Positions 63,774 through 64,000 of a stretch of 64,000 nt of DNA are shown one piece after another (positions within the stretch are counted from its first letter, which is position 1; every line of letters begins with the position of its first letter). Location: assembly GCA_040954595.2 (NCBI GenBank), contig CM082578.2:277740-341739 (forward strand). The letters run 5' to 3'. The DNA is from Balanoglossus misakiensis. Lineage: Eukaryota; Animalia; Hemichordata. Below the pieces are notes generated by a model. It had not been told where the DNA came from and did no database searches. It saw only the letters and a program-made list of their open reading frames with translations. Position numbers and translations under genes: made by a program.

Positions 63774-64000
63774 CTAAGTCTGTGCTTCCAGCAATGTGCA
63801 CAACTTATCATATGGTCTTTCTAAAACACTGGATCTGGTCTTCACCAATACTCGTCTCACCACCCCTTTCCGATCAGGCATAACTTTGACGATTACACCC
63901 AAAGGCCACGCATTTCTGGAGGTGTTCTCATCCTTTTCCAATACAAATCTGACAGATACTGCACTTGCTTCCATCTGTGTACAGCATACAAGTCGTTCTT
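63774..64000 (-). pseudogene. pol: BEL/Pao pol C-terminus (DUF5641-type) with internal deletion/frameshift
   Basis: One frame gives KNDLYAVHRWKQVQYLSDLYWKR. Another frame continues DENTSRNAWPLGVIVKVMPDRKGVVRRVLVKTRSSVLERPYDKLCTLLE. The usual intervening W..EYL..LQ.R.KW...VGD.VL segment is missing. Confidence 0.85.

Larger units (their letters stand above)
63019..64000 (-). mobile_element. Second BEL/Pao LTR retrotransposon, 3' end (runs off the window), different family from remnant 1
   Basis: Minus strand: pol C-terminus, ~370-bp 3'UTR, PPT TGGGGGCTGG (63406-63415), then the LTR. The LTR shows no visible similarity to 10553-10888. Confidence 0.88.

Overview
Eukaryotic (probably invertebrate animal; inference from the TE families) heterochromatin-like window with no host protein-coding genes. 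About 80% is one complex macrosatellite with a ~2.05-kb unit, present in about 25-27 copies. Each unit has ~11 CpG-rich 81-bp subrepeats arranged as an alternating 162-bp dimer, a ~200-bp unique segment ending in a variable poly-G tract, and ~950 bp of AT-rich DNA made of ~3 diverged ~330-bp subrepeats. The array flips orientation at a 6-bp microhomology (TAGCCA, 32429-32434). This gives a ~60-kb quasi-palindrome with mirror-symmetric variant layers and a ~10.1-kb higher-order duplication. Four retroelements interrupt the array. (1) An apparently full-length CR1/L2-group LINE (2507-7863): its ORF1 has PHD, SGNH esterase and two CCHC knuckles, and its ORF2 follows in the same frame after a single TGA with no upstream ATG. 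(2) A 5'-deleted BEL/Pao fragment with its 3' LTR (9450-10888). (3) A 5'-truncated L1/Tx1-type LINE with intact ORF2, poly(A) and a 14-17 bp TSD (20805-25431). (4) The 3' end of a second, defective BEL/Pao element on the minus strand (63019-64000). The many short 60-130 aa ORFs in the track are artefacts of the satellite.
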